64,000 nt of DNA, taken from the NCBI RefSeq assembly GCF_020745735.1, contig NC_083409.1, positions 9,351,534 through 9,415,533 of the forward strand, read 5' to 3'. The stretch comes from Hemiscyllium ocellatum. Lineage: Eukaryota. Under the pieces are notes generated by a model. It made no database searches. It saw only the letters and a program-made list of their open reading frames with translations, and was not told where the DNA came from. Below are positions 1 through 12,914 of the stretch, in pieces. Every line of letters starts with the position of its first letter. The first letter of the stretch is position 1. Made by a program: the position numbers and the translations under genes.

Positions 1-539
1 ATGGGCTGCCAGAGGGAGTGGTGGAGGCTGGTATGATTACAATATTTAAAAAGCCATCTGGATGGGTATATGTATAGGAAGGGTTGAGAGCGACATGGGC
101 CTCATACTGGCAAATGGGACTAGATTAATTTAGGGTATCTGGTCAGGATGGATGACTTGGACTGAAGGGTCTGTTTCTCTGCTGTACATCTCCATAAATG
201 TAATTGTATTTCAATCGAGCCCCTAACACCTCAGGCTCTCCCAAAGACATTTACATTTTGTTTTAAAACAAGTCACTGTTGCAATGTCAGGAAAGGGACA
301 GCCAATTTCTACACAGCAAGATCCCACTAGAAGCAATGAGATCAAAGAGCATTTTTGATGATGTTGGTCCAAGGATAAATATTGTCCTGAACTCAACCCA
401 AAGAGAAAGGAATTTGGTTCAGTTGGATGGAAAATGAGAAAATGGAAGGTAAAGGAGAAGGCAGGATTGCTGGTTAGTGATGGGATTGATTGTTACCAGA
501 AAATAAAAGGAAGGGATAGAATTTTTGAATATTAAAGGA

Positions 540-3400
540 ACCATAAAAGTGCAGGGAAAACGAAGAATAGAACAAACTTAAAGGGTTTGTATCTAAATGC
601 ACGAAGCATTCTGAGTAAGGCAGACAAAGTGATGCCATAAATCGAGGTAAATTGAGTTTCCAAGGAATTTAAACTAGTTAAAGTGGAGGAGGGCTCAAGA
701 GAGGCTATTCGGTTTCTAGAAGGCATACCAGGAGAGAGAGTACAGAAAGGAACAAGAGTCGAGCATCAAGCACAGCAGATAAGAGGATAATGATGAGAAG
801 GAGGGCAGTCAATGCAGGACTGAAGGTGTTGGACTTAAAAGCACACAGTATACGCAATGAGCTGGTAGTGCAGATTGAAACTGGCAGGTACGATGTTGTG
901 GGTATCACAGAGACATGGCTGTAAGGGGATCCGGGCTGGGAACTAAATATCCAAGGATACATGTCCCATCAAAAGAACAGGCAGATGGACAGAGGGGGAA
1001 GAGTTGCCTTGTTAGTACGATATTAAATTAAATCAAAGCAAGAAGTGAGATAGAGTCAAAAGGTGTAGAATGTGTGTGGGTAGAGTTGAGGAACCGCAAG
1101 AAATAAAGAATCTGATGCAAGTTATGTCCAGATCTCCAAGCAGTAATCAGGGTGTGGGGAAGGAAATCAATCAGGAGACAGAAAAGCCATATACAAAATG
1201 TCAGGGCAGACCTCAATGGATAGGTGGACTGGGTAGCACGTCTCAAGAAAAGGATTTCATGGATGTCTACAAGATCGGTTTTGGAGCAGCTTGCGGTTGA
1301 GCCATTATGGAACAGGCAGTTCTGGATTCAGTGATGTGGAATGAGGCAAACTTGATTAATGAGCTGAAGGTGAAAGTATCCTTCTGGAAAAATGATCATA
1401 ATATGATAGAATTCCCCCTGTAGTTTGAGACGGAGAAGCTGCAATCAGATGGATCTGCATTTCAGTTGAGTAAAGGGAACAACAAAGACATGAGGAAGGA
1501 GTTGACCAGAGTTGGTTGGAAGGGGAGCCGAGCAGGTAAGATGGTGGGGCAGCAAACAGCAGGGTTTCTGGGCATAATTCAGGAACCAGAGCAGGAATTC
1601 ATCCGAAAAAAGAAGAAACATACTAAGGGGAGGACAAGGCAACCATGGCTGGTGAGGGAAGTCACGGACAGCATAAAAGCAAAAGAAAAAAATGCACAAT
1701 GTGGTAGTGAAAAGTGGGAAGCCAGAGGGTTAGGAAGCCTTTAAAAACCTGGAGAGGATAAATAAAAAAGCATTAAAGGTGGAGAAGGGGAAATGTGGTG
1801 GTAGGTGAGCCGGTAATACAAAAGAAGATTATAGGAAGTGAAGAAATAGCAGAGGAATTGAATCGAAGCTGAAAGGTTGAATGTGGATAACTCACCCAGA
1901 CTAGATGAACTACATGAGTGTGTTCTAAAGGAGATCACTGAGTAAATTATGGAGGTATTGGAGATGATCTTTCAGGAATCAATGGAGTCAGGGTATGACA
2001 GTGTGGTGGACAGGGATCTGATGGGGGCAAAGGATTGGAAAGTGGCTCACATAACAGCCCTGTTTAAGAAGGGAGGGAGGAGGGAGAAGATGGGAAATTA
2101 TAGGCCAGTTAGCCTGGACTCAGTTGTTGGTAAGGTTTTAGACTTCAATTTAAGGAAGAAATTGCAGAGGACTTGGAGGTGCAATTGTAAACTAGGGCTG
2201 AGTCAACACGGCTTCATCAAGGGGAGGTCATGCCTGGCAAATCTGTTAGAATTCTTTGAGGAGGCAATGAGCCAGTCAGACAAAGGAGAGTCAAAGGAAG
2301 TAATCTATTTGGATTTCTAGAAGGCCTTTGACATTAGATAAGAGCATACAGTGTGAGGGCCGAGGCACTGGCATGGACTAAGGATTGGCAGGTTGGCATA
2401 AAGCAGAGAGTGAGGAAAAATGGCCGTTGGTGACTGGTAGAGTCATGTAGGGGTCAATGTTAGGACCTTAACTATTCACGTTATACATTAACAATCTGGA
2501 TGAAGGAAGTGGAGACATTGTTGCTAAGTTTGCAGATGACATGAGATAGGTGGAGGGACAGGTAGTGTTGAGGAAGTGGGAAGAATGTAAAAGCTCCTGG
2601 ATAGGCTGGGAGAGTGGGCAAAGAAGTGGCAGATAGAATACAATGTGTTACAGTGTGAGGGTGTGCACTTTGGGAGGAAGAAGAGATGCAAAGACTATTT
2701 TCGAAATAAGAAAAGCTTTTGGAAATCTAAAGCACGAACCTCATTCAGGTTTCCCTTCAGGTTAACAGGCAGGTCCAGTTTGTGCTTGGGAAGGCAAATG
2801 AAATGATAGCATTCATTTCAATAGGGCCAGAATACAAGAGCAGAGATGTACTGCTGAGGCTGTGTAAGGCTCTGGTCAGACTGCATTTGGAATATTGTGA
2901 GCAGATTTCGGACCCATATTCTAAGAAACAATGTGCTGGCATTGGAGGGGTTTACAACAATGATCTTGGTGATGAAGGACTTATCGTATCAGATGTGCTT
3001 GAGGACTCTGGGTCTGTACTCAATGGACTTTAGAAAGATGAGGAGGGATCTTATTGAAATTTACTGAATACTGATCAACCTGGATAGAGTGGATGTGAAA
3101 AAGATGTTTCCAAAAACAGGAGAGAGTCGGTAACCAAGGCACAGCCTCAGTATGAAGGGCCAACCCTTTCGAGCTGAGATGAGGAGGAATTTCTTCAGCC
3201 AGAGGGTGGTGAATCTGTGGAATGTATTGCTACAGAGGGCAGTGGAGGCCAAGTCACTGAGTGTATTTAAGACAGAGGTAGATAGTTTGTGATAGTTAAG
3301 GGGATCGAACGTTCCTGTGGATCAAGCAGAGAATGGGGGTGAGAAGCATATCTGCCAAGATCAACTGGCAGAGCAGATTCAATGGGCTGAATGGCTGATT
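540..3400 (+). mobile_element. Decayed CR1-type LINE (endonuclease + RT)
   Basis: Broken motifs YLNARSI, DWKVAHITALFKKG...NYRPVSL, QHGFIKGRSCLANLLEFFEE, FADD and a CR1 3' end; paralogous copy at ~44470-48150 (-). Confidence 0.9.
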
Positions 3401-3539
3401 TCTGCTCCTATTTCTTAAAGTCTTCTGGAGAGTTTCCCCAAAACCCTGGAACACTGAACCCACTGGACTGTGAGCCCTGCTGGAGCTGTTTGTCATCAGA
3501 ACTTTGCCAAGAGATGACCAAAGGGTGAAGAGAGTGTGC

Positions 3540-6210
3540 ATTTAGGTGGGAACTTCAGAATGCTTCCTAGCTCCTGGAATACCATGAGAACAGAAAGTGT
3601 GGTCAGTGACAGCAGTTGGAACTCCGGGTTTCGGAGCTTGAGCAGCAGCTGGTGTCAGTTCGGAGCGTCCGTGAGGCTGAGAGCTCCGTGGAGAGCACGT
3701 TTCTAGATGTGGTCACTCTGCAGCTTCAGCGAATGCAGGGTGAGAGGGAATGGGGGAGCAGCAGACAGTCTAAAAGGACCAGGCAGCTAGTACAGGACTC
3801 CCCTGAGTGCATCGCACTCTCCAACCAGGATTCAGTTCAGAATCCTGATGAGAATGATGGTTCATCTGGGGAGTGCAGCCAGAGCCAAGCCCATGGCACC
3901 AAGGTGGAGGGTTCAGCTGTACAGGGGGTACAAGGAAGAGGGAGAGCGAGAGGAGATTCGAGAGTGAGGGAAATCGATAGGTGTTTCTGCAGTTGCAGAT
4001 GGGAATCCAGGATGGTGTGTTGTCTCCCTGGTGCCAGGGTCAAGGATGTCTCTGAGCGGCTGCAGAGCACCCTGAGGGGAGAGGGGGAACAGGCAGCAGT
4101 CGTGGTCCACATCGGTCCCAGTGACAGAGGGAGGAAAGGGATGTGGTCCTGCAGTCAGAATTTAGGGGGCTCTGGAGGGAATTAGCACTGGGATCTCAAA
4201 AGTTAGAATCTCCGGATTTCTCCCAGTGCCCCATCCAAGTGAGAATAGGAACAGGAGGATAACACAGGTGAATGTGAAGCTGGAAAGAGGATCCAAGTTG
4301 GAGGACTTTAGATTCTTGGGACATTGAGACTGGGTCTGGGGGAGATGGGACCTGGACAGACCAGACAGCGTTGTTCCTGAACCGAGCTGGGACTGAGTTC
4401 CTTTGGGGTGATTTACTAGTGCAGTTGGCGAGGGTTTAAACTAACTTGGCAGGGCTGTGGGAGCCAGGAGGGAATAACAGAGAGGAACACCAAGGACCAC
4501 AGAATCCTCAGAACAGTCAACAAGTCACCACCCAATGGGAAGGATGCAGAGGAATACAAATGCAAGGAATTTACAGATATCTGCAAACATGATAGAGTCA
4601 TTATAAATGGTTCTTTAATTTTTGAATATAGACTGGGGTAGTAGCAGTGTAACAGGCAGGGAGGGGCCAGAGTTGTGAAAGTCTGTTCAGTTGAATTTTC
4701 AGGTGGCATTGTGGCCAGTGAAGAAGGCTGTCTAAGAGGACAATGGGATCTTGACCAACTGGGCCAGTGGGCTGAGGAATGGCAGATGGAGTTTAATTCA
4801 GATAAATGTGAGTGCTGTACTTTGCAAAGCCAAACCAAGGCAGGACTTTTACGGTTAATGGTAGGGCCCTGCGGAGTGTTGCTGAACAAAGAGACTGAGT
4901 GGTGAAGGTGCAGGTGCAGGTGCATTATTCCTTGACAGTGGAGTCACAGGTAGACAGGGAGATGAAGAAGGTGTTGGGTATGCTTACTTTTATTGGTCAC
5001 TGCATTGAGTAAAGGAGTTGGGACATGATGTTGCAGCGGTACAGCAGTTGGTGAGGCCACTTTGGGAATAATGTGAACAATTCTGATCATCCTGAGATAG
5101 GAAGGATGTTGTTAAACTTAAAAGGCAGCGGAAAAGATTTACAAGGATGTGGCCAGGAATTGGAGGGTTTCCGCTGTCGGGAGAGGCTGAAGAAATGGGC
5201 CTATTTTCCCTGCAGCATCTAAGGCCTCGAGGTGACCTTATGGATGTGCAGAAAATCATGAAGGGCATGGACAGGGTGTATATCCAAGGTCTTTTCCTTG
5301 GGAACGGGAGTCCAAAACAAGAGGGCATAGGTTTAAGGTGAGAGGCAAAAGATTCAAAAGGGACCTGAGTGGTAACTTGTCACACAGAGGGTGGTGTGTG
5401 TCTGGATCGAGCTGCTAGAGAAAGCGTTGGAGGCGGATTAAAATTACAACATTTAAAACACATTGGGATGGGAACATGGATAGGAAGGGTTTAGAGGGAT
5501 GTAAGCCAAATGCTGGCAAATGGGATGAGGTCATTTAGGATATCTGGTTAACACAGGCAAGTTGGACTGAAATGTCTGTTTCCACACTGTATGACTCCAT
5601 GACTATGAGCAGCTGGAAAAGCTGAGACTTTTTTCCCTCTAGTGTAAGAGTCTGAGGAGTGACCTTATAGAGGTTTATAAAATCATGAGGGACATAGATA
5701 ATGTAAATCATTCAGGAAGCAGGTGAAATTTTGTAGAAATGGCAAAAATATTCCCAAAGATCATTCCAGGGATGAGGAACATCAGTTATTAAGATAGTTT
5801 GGACAATTTGGGACTGACTTCTTTGGAGAAGGCTGAGAGGAGATTTGTTGGAGGAATTAAAATCAGGAGGGGCCTGGATACAGTAAATAGGGAGAAAATG
5901 TTCCCAAGAGAAAGGATTGAGACCGAGAGACCACAGATTGAAGGCAATTGGGAAAAGTCACAAAAGTGAGATGGGGAACAACATTTTGGCCAGTGAGTGG
6001 TTAAGGTGTGGAATGCACTGCCTGAGAGTGTGGTGGAGGCAGCTTCAATTAAAACATTCCGAAGGGAATGAGACTGATATTTGAAAAGCAACAATGTTCA
6101 GGGTGACAGGGAGAAGGCAGGAGAATGACACTCAGTGAATTGCTCATTCGGAGAGCCAGTCCAGACAGGATGGGCAGAATGGCCTCCTTGTGCAATGTGA
6201 CAATTCTGTG
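3540..6210 (+). mobile_element. CR1-type LINE fragments incl. ORF1 esterase (SGNH-like) region and RT 3' parts
   Basis: RMVCCLPGARVKDVSERL...VVVHIG (3616-4185); WAEEWQMEFNSDKCE; several stacked 3' ends; paralogous to ~40470-44350 (-). Confidence 0.85.
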
Positions 6211-6643
6211 ATTATGTGATTGAGCAGAGTTAAAGCTGGGGGAGGTGGGAGCTCGGTGTCTCACTGTGCTGCTGCTGCTGCTGAGGTCAGTGAGATCAGA
6301 GACTGGGACAGGGAGCCAGAACTCACATCAAACTCTGCCCGTGTCCGTCACACTGAGACTGGCAGGAGGCTACTCATTGAATTCACTCCATGCTGCAGGA
6401 ATGGGACCACAGGCTGCAAATGGACAGAGCTCCTCCACACGATGAGTAAAACTTACTGACTTATATCTTGCTGTTTAATGGGGTTATAGGACTAAAGAAA
6501 TACAGGTGTACACCGTATGGGACGCGGTGTTCCTCAATCAAACATTTCCTTCACTGCAACACTTCAACAATTCAGTATTTGTGTTTTATAAATTGTGTTT
6601 AGAGATTGAAAGGGTTAATAACAGAGGATTGAGGTTTACTTCC

Positions 6644-6940
6644 TCAGTCTGAGCTTGGTTCCTTTACAGAAAGTAAGGCCAGCTGTAATGCTGCTGACAG
6701 TAATAGTCAGCGACATCCTCATTCTGAACGTTGCTGATTGTCAGGGTGAAACTGGTCCCTGATCCACTGCCGGTGAATCACTCGGAGATTCCTGTGAGTT
6801 GAGTTGCTGCAGCATAGATCAGGAGAGAGGGTTTCAAGCAAGGTAGCTGCTAATGGCCCTACAGGTGATGGTTGCAGTCTGGCCCAGTCCCACTGACAGC
6901 ACCGGGGGAGACTAGGTCATGATGATGTCCTCACTGATAC
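6644..6940 (-). pseudogene. IGKV: Germline-joined kappa-type VJ pseudogene exon
   Basis: Reverse complement aligns to the right V and J with no RSS between them. TAG at 6914-6912, TGA at 6780-6778, 9-nt CDR1 deletion, 22-nt FR2 deletion removing WYQQ, joint one base out of frame, FG changed to FC, donor GT changed to GG at 6643-6642. Confidence 0.95.
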
Positions 6941-7126
6941 CTGAGGGATCAGAGAGAAACACAGTGAAGTCAGAACTTTCACAGAAAGAGCCTGTCAAAT
7001 GAGAGATTGTTGGAGACACTGAGCATTCCTCTGGTTTCAGCATTTTCCCTTCAATCACAAGTCAGTGGAATTGGAGTGAAATGGAGAGCAGCTAAAGATT
7101 CAAGGTGGAAGGAGAGAGATTTGTAC

Positions 7127-7175
7127 CTGCGACACAGAATGCCAGGGGCCAGATCAGCTGGATGTGTGAAATCAT
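7127..7175 (-). pseudogene. IGKV: Leader exon of the joined pseudogene (MISHIQLIWPLAFCVA-G), intact
   Basis: ATG at 7175-7173, GT donor at 7126-7125, one substitution versus 38948-38996; intron present with AG acceptor at 6942-6941. Confidence 0.93.
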
Positions 7176-7235
7176 GGTGTGTGCTCCTGTCCCTGTGCCT
7201 GGTTCCTGATAAACTCTCCCTTCACTGGCCTCTGC

Positions 7236-7332
7236 TTTATAAAGCTGCAGCCTGTGAGAGTCTGACTGGGTGTTCCTCAGTATGTAAATGGCATCAGGCA
7301 GAGAGAGCCACATCAGCCCCTCACACTTCCTC
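7236..7332 (-). promoter_or_regulatory. Promoter of the pseudogene cluster
   Basis: TATAAA region 7236-7243, ATTTACAT (+ strand ATGTAAAT 7282-7289) and PU-box 7324-7332 retained; TGACGTGG changed to TGATGTGG (7308-7315). Confidence 0.75.
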
Positions 7333-9299
7333 TTCTCACTCTCTCTCTCTCTCTCTCTCTGTCTCAGAGAATCATTGATGTGGACAGCACTGAATGAGGC
7401 CATTTGGCCCATTGTGTCTGTGCTGGTAAACAAAGATCTGATGATCCTCCAGCTCTTGGCCCATTACCCTGGAGGCAACAGCAATACAAGGGAATATCTA
7501 AATACTGCTCCAATGTCATGAGAGTTTGTGACTGAACCAGCCTTTCAGGCAGTGAGTTCCAGACTCCCACCACCCTCTGGGTGAAAACATTTCTCCCTAA
7601 CTCTTCTCTCACTCTCCAACTCGATTGGGCCTGGACTCAGAAGGATAAGAGGGGATCTGATTGAAATGTATAATATTCTAACAGGGCTGGGCAGGGAGGA
7701 GGTTTCCCCTGGTTGGGGAGTCTGGAACCGGGGGGACAGTCTCAGGGGGATATGGGGTAGACCATTTCAGACTGAGATGAGGAAACATTTCTTCACTCAG
7801 AGGATGGTCGATCTGTGGAATTATCTTCCACTGAAGGCTATGGAGGACAAGGAACTGAATATATTCAAGAGAAAGAGAGAGATATTTGTTTTGCATTTTA
7901 ACAGCATGAAGGGAATGGGGAGAAAGTAGGAAGGTGACTTCAAGAGAGAGGATCAGCCATGATCATACTGAATGACAGAACAGTCTCAAAGGGCCGAATG
8001 GCCTACTCCTGCAGCACTTCCTTTGTGTCCATGTCTATTTTTCCTTCAATCTCTGTCCCTGGTTATTGAGTCCTTGACTCTTGTAAAAAGTGCCTTCTTT
8101 CTCACCCTATCACTGCCCTGAATAATCTTATCCCCCTCTATCAGGTCCCCTCTCAGCCTTCACTGCTGCATGGAAAAAAACCCCAACCATTCCAATCTTT
8201 CCCCACAGCTGACCCTCCATCCCAGGCAGCATCCTGGTAAATCTCTGCACCCCCTCAAGTACAATCACATCCTTCCAAGAATGTGGTGACCAGGACTTGT
8301 CCCTCTGTCTCTGTCTCTCTCTCTCTTTCTCTCTCACTCTGTCTCAAAGCCACTCTCTCCAACTTACACTTCCTCACTCCGTCTCATAATCTCTATTTCT
8401 GCATCTTTCTCTCTCACCATCACTCGCTCCATTGCTCGCTTCAATTGAAAACCTCCAAATGTTAATTGCCCCTCTCTATTCCTCTCTCTGTCTCTCCTTC
8501 CCTCTCTGCACCCCAATCTACAGTCTCTCTCTCTCCATCTCTGTCATTCTGTCTCTTACCATACTCATGTCTCTCTATCACACTCAACCCTACCCACTCT
8601 CTCTTGATTCCCTTCACTCTTGGTATCACACCCATCCTATCTCTTTTTCTCTATCCATCCCGATCAGTCACATCTTGTTTCTCTCTCTCTCTATCCCTCA
8701 ATCACACCACGTCTACCTCCCTCTACCTCTCTCTTGGCCCCTTCACATATCACACACTGTCTCAGATGCCCCTCCTTCTATCGCTCGATCACACACACAA
8801 TTTGCATCTACCTCTCTCTTTGTCTTGTTTCTCTGTCTTTCTCACAGTGTCCAAGGTGGTGAAAGTTGAATTCAGGATAAATCTCCCTCTGCTCTGCCCC
8901 ACTAATGGATGTTAACCCTTGACCCAAAATCATGTCTTTTCCTGGAGTAACTCCCCATTTCTCACATTGACCAGGGTTTGACCTCATTCAGGACGATGGA
9001 CAGATTCTTGTCAAATGAAGGGGAGTTCTGTTCTGTTGCCCTATTCTCACTGGGGACTGGTTTGGACACAAACCTCATTCCACGAAGGCCCAGCAGAGAG
9101 AGGAGATCCTCAGGCCATCAGTGTGAGCTGGAGGGACAGGACAATTTCTGACCCAGTGACCCAGCCTGTCCATCCACAACATGTTCCAATCCTTTTCCCT
9201 TTCCTTCCCCTTCCATGATCAGTCTCTGAATCAGGCTGTTTGACTGGGATGAGGGCTGGAGCATCACACTGTTACAACAGAAAGGAACTGAACACATAC

Positions 9300-9560
9300 C
9301 CACCATGTGTTCATGACGTACTGGATTCTCCAACAGAGTCCACTAAACATGGAATTTAGTTCACAAGGCTGATCGATAGAGAGACATGGGCCTCCTTCCC
9401 ACTGAAGTTCCCAGAAGAGATCAGTAAACATGAGCTCCTTCCTGCTGGAATCTCCAACAGAGACCAGTAAACATTGGCCTACTTCTGATTTGATCCTCCA
9501 AGAGAGATCAGTAAACATGGGCCTCCTATTCATTGGACTTTCCGATTCAGACAAGTAGAT
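9300..9560. repeat. Degenerate 43-44 bp tandem array, promoter-proximal part, left copy
   Basis: Core (A)GACCAGTAAACATGG recurs at 9341, 9422, 9465, 9509. Confidence 0.85.
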
Positions 9561-9561
9561 G

Positions 9562-10805
9562 ACTTGAGTTTTTGAAGAAGTAATCACAAACCTTGATAAA
9601 GGTAGAGCAGTACACTCTGTCTACTTGGACTTTAGCAAGGCCTTAGACAAGGTTCCTCATGGTAGATTGCTCAGTAAGATTATATCACATAGGATCCAAG
9701 GAGAGTGAGCCAATTAGATATAAAATTGGCCTGATGATAGGAGGCAGAGGCTGGTGAGAGAGGGTTGTTCTTCAGACTGGAGGCCAGTGACCAGCCGTCT
9801 GCCACAAGAATCGATCCTGGATCCACTGTTGTTCGTCATTTATATGAACAATTTGGAGAGAAAATAGCAGGAATGGTCAGGAAGTTTGTGGCTGACATTA
9901 AAATTGTTGGCATCGTGGACAGGGAAGAAGGTTATCGAAGAGTGCAATGTCATCTTCATCAACTGGGCCAGTGGGTCAACAAATCCAGATGGAAATTCTG
10001 ATGAATGGAAGGAGTTACATTTTGGTAAGGCAAACCAGGGCAGGAATTACACAATTAATGGTAGAGCCATGGGGAGTGTTGTTGAACAGAGAGACCGAGG
10101 GGTACAGGTACATAGTTCCTGGAAAATGGTGTCACAGGTAGACAGGGTGGTGAAGAAGGTATTTGGCACGTGCACCTTCACTGGTCAAAGCAGAGAGTAC
10201 AGGAGCTGGGACATCATGTTACAGCTGTACAAGGCATCGGTAAGGCCACATTTGGTCACTGTGTACATTTATGCTCACCCTGCTATAGGAAGGAAGTCAT
10301 TACGCTGGTTTGAATAAAAGAAAGATTAACAGGGATGTTACCAAGATTGGAGGGTTTGAATTATAAGGCGAGGATGGATATGCCAAGATGTTTTTTCCAG
10401 GGAATGCAGGAGATTGAGGGGTGACCTTATATAGGTTTATAGAATCATGAGGGTCATAGATAAGGTAAATAGCCAAAGTCTTTTCCCCAGGGTAGGAGAA
10501 TCCAGTACTAGAAGGAATAGGTTTAAGTTGAGGGGGGAAAGGATTAAAAGGAAACTGAGAGACAACCTTTTCACACAGAGGTTGGTGTGTATGTGTAATG
10601 AGCTGCCAGAGGAAGTGGTAGAGGGGAGTACAGTTACTACATTTCAAGGAGATTTTTACAGCAACATGGATAGGAAGGATTCAGAGAGATTTGGGCCAAA
10701 CACAGGCAAATGGGATTTGTTCAGTTTTGGAAACTTGGTAAGCATGGATGAGTTGGGCTGAAGGGCCTGATGCCATGCTGTAAACCTCTATGACTCTATG
10801 ATGAT
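9562..10805 (+). mobile_element. 5'-truncated CR1 LINE splitting the 44-bp array
   Basis: Begins at EFFEEV of RT, continues through DFSKA..KV and HVRPHL motifs to a (ctctatga)n tail. Confidence 0.88.
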
Positions 10806-10809
10806 GTAT

Positions 10810-10960
10810 ACATGAGCCACCTTCCCATAGAACCAGTAAACATGGACCTCCGTCCCACTGGAACCTCCAACAGACACCAATAAACATGGACCTCCTTCTC
10901 ACTGGATGCTTCAGGAGAGACCAGTAAACATGGGCCTCCTTCCCACTGGACTGTCCAGTA
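10810..10960. repeat. 44-bp tandem array, distal part, left copy
   Basis: Core at 10834, 10878, 10922 (period 44). Confidence 0.85.
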
Positions 10961-12914
10961 CTTGAGCTGCAAACCCCAAATCCACTCCATCATGAAGGTC
11001 CCTTATTTCAGTCTCAACAACACTGTCTGTCTCTGCACGACTTCAGTCCCCTGACCACAGAAACACTAATTCCTGCTTGTCCTAACTATTGATTCCAATG
11101 TCCTCTCCCGGCTTCCTGAAGTCACATTCCATAAACCCCAACTTGTCTGATATGGAGTGGTCCCTTCCTTGTCTGACATCTGAAGTCGTTCAAGAATGAG
11201 CTCACTGCCAACCAATTGCCTCCATGGCCTCCCTCCTCCCTCAATCTGTGTCCTGCTGCAGACTCACTTTCCCTCCCTCCCCTTTCCATCTTCTGTCTCT
11301 AGTCTCCTGCCCATTGCTGCTTCCTCCATCCCACCATTGACAGCAGAGCCTTCAGGCCCCTACAGCATGCTCTCTGACCTCCTGCCCTTCATCCCTCCTC
11401 CTCCTCTCAATTGTTGTGTTACTGAATATATTGTTCAGTCCCATTGCTTTTGGTTTACTGTTCCCTTGTCATTGATTTGCTGACTTACTCTAGTGAATCT
11501 AGTCTGGGCCTGTTTCCTGAGTTGTCAAGAGTGTTTGAGAAAGCATTCTTCTGTAAACTGGATTGTCTGTTTCTCCCAGTCTTTGTGTAAAGGTGAGACT
11601 AAGTGTGTGTAAGTTCTTATACAGCACAGACAGAGGTCATTGGGCCTATTGTGACTGTTAGACAAATTAGTCCAATGAGTCCCATTTCCCCAGCCCTTCC
11701 TGTATAACCCTGCAATTGTTTCCTTTACAGCTATTTCTCCAAAGGCCCTTTTGAAAGTTGCTGTTGAATCCACTCCCACTCACCTTGCAGACAGACATCA
11801 TAAACTCGCTGGATAAAAATGTTCCTATCTTCTCTCTTGTTCTTCAGACCCTTTCTGAAATCTGTGCCCTCTGGTTACTGACCCTCCAGCCTGGAGAAAC
11901 AATTTGTCCTGTATTTACTGCATCCAAACTCTCTAATTGTGAACCCCTCATTGAGTGAGATCTATTTCCAGCACAGGGGGAGAACATTCAGCCTGTCAGG
12001 TAAATGCTGTCATTTCATGGAGCAATCCAGTCAGTCCCACCCCCTCCCCTACTCGACCCCCAGAGCCTTGCAGGTTTATTTCCATCAAGAGCCCATCCAA
12101 TCTGCCATTGCAATCACTGAGTGTCTTCACCTGAATGGCACTAATTTCCAATTTATTACCAATTGCTGTTCAAAACAAAGTTCTTTCTGACATCCCGAAT
12201 CTCTTGCCCAACAAAATGTAAGGTAACTTAAATGTGAAGATGGTATTTTGTCTCCACACGGACTGTGCGGTGGTGACCCTTACTGATACTGTCATGGACA
12301 GATACACCAGCAGCAGGCAGGTTGGTGAGGGTGATAGTGAGTATGTTGTTTCCTCTTGTTGGTTCCCTCACCACCTGCCCCAGGTCCAGTCGAGCAGCTG
12401 AATCAGGTGGAACCTGACCAGCTTGCTCAGTAGTGATGCTTCTGAGCAGCTTTTGATGGTGGACTTTGAAGTCCCTTACTCACGGTATATCCTGCATCAT
12501 TCCCACCCTCAGTGCTCCCTCCAAGTGTTGTCAAACATGGAGGAGGACTGACTGCTCCGTTGAGGTTGGAGCGGAGGGCGGTGCTATGTGGTAATCAGCA
12601 GGAGGTTTCCTTCCCCATGTTTGACCTGCTGTCATGAGGCTTCATGGGTTCCATAGTTAATGGTGAGGACTCCCAGGGCAACTCCCTTCTGACTGTACAC
12701 ACCACTGTGTTGCTTTCCCTGCTTGGTCTATCCTGCCAGTTAAAAACTGAATGAGGGAACAATTCTGTGCAGGTTTCACAGCTTGGAGACAGAGCTGCTG
12801 CTGGATTCTGTTTCTAATCTCGAAGTGCAGGCGTGTGTGTTTGTGAGAGAGTGACTGACACTTTTTCCATCACTGTGCTGTTTCTGAAAAGAAAAATCCC
12901 AGAACCAGCCTCCT

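Noticed and set aside
6644-7175. Processed (retrotransposed) pseudogene explanation for the joined VJ
   Set aside because: Leader intron, promoter and J-C intron are all retained; C is not spliced on.
8800-8807. Canonical octamer ATTTGCAT upstream of the pseudogene
   Set aside because: 1.6 kb from the ATG, in low-complexity DNA, and not conserved in the right arm.
9300-10960. CRISPR-like repeat-spacer array
   Set aside because: Vertebrate DNA; the between-core sequences are related to each other, so it is a degenerate minisatellite.
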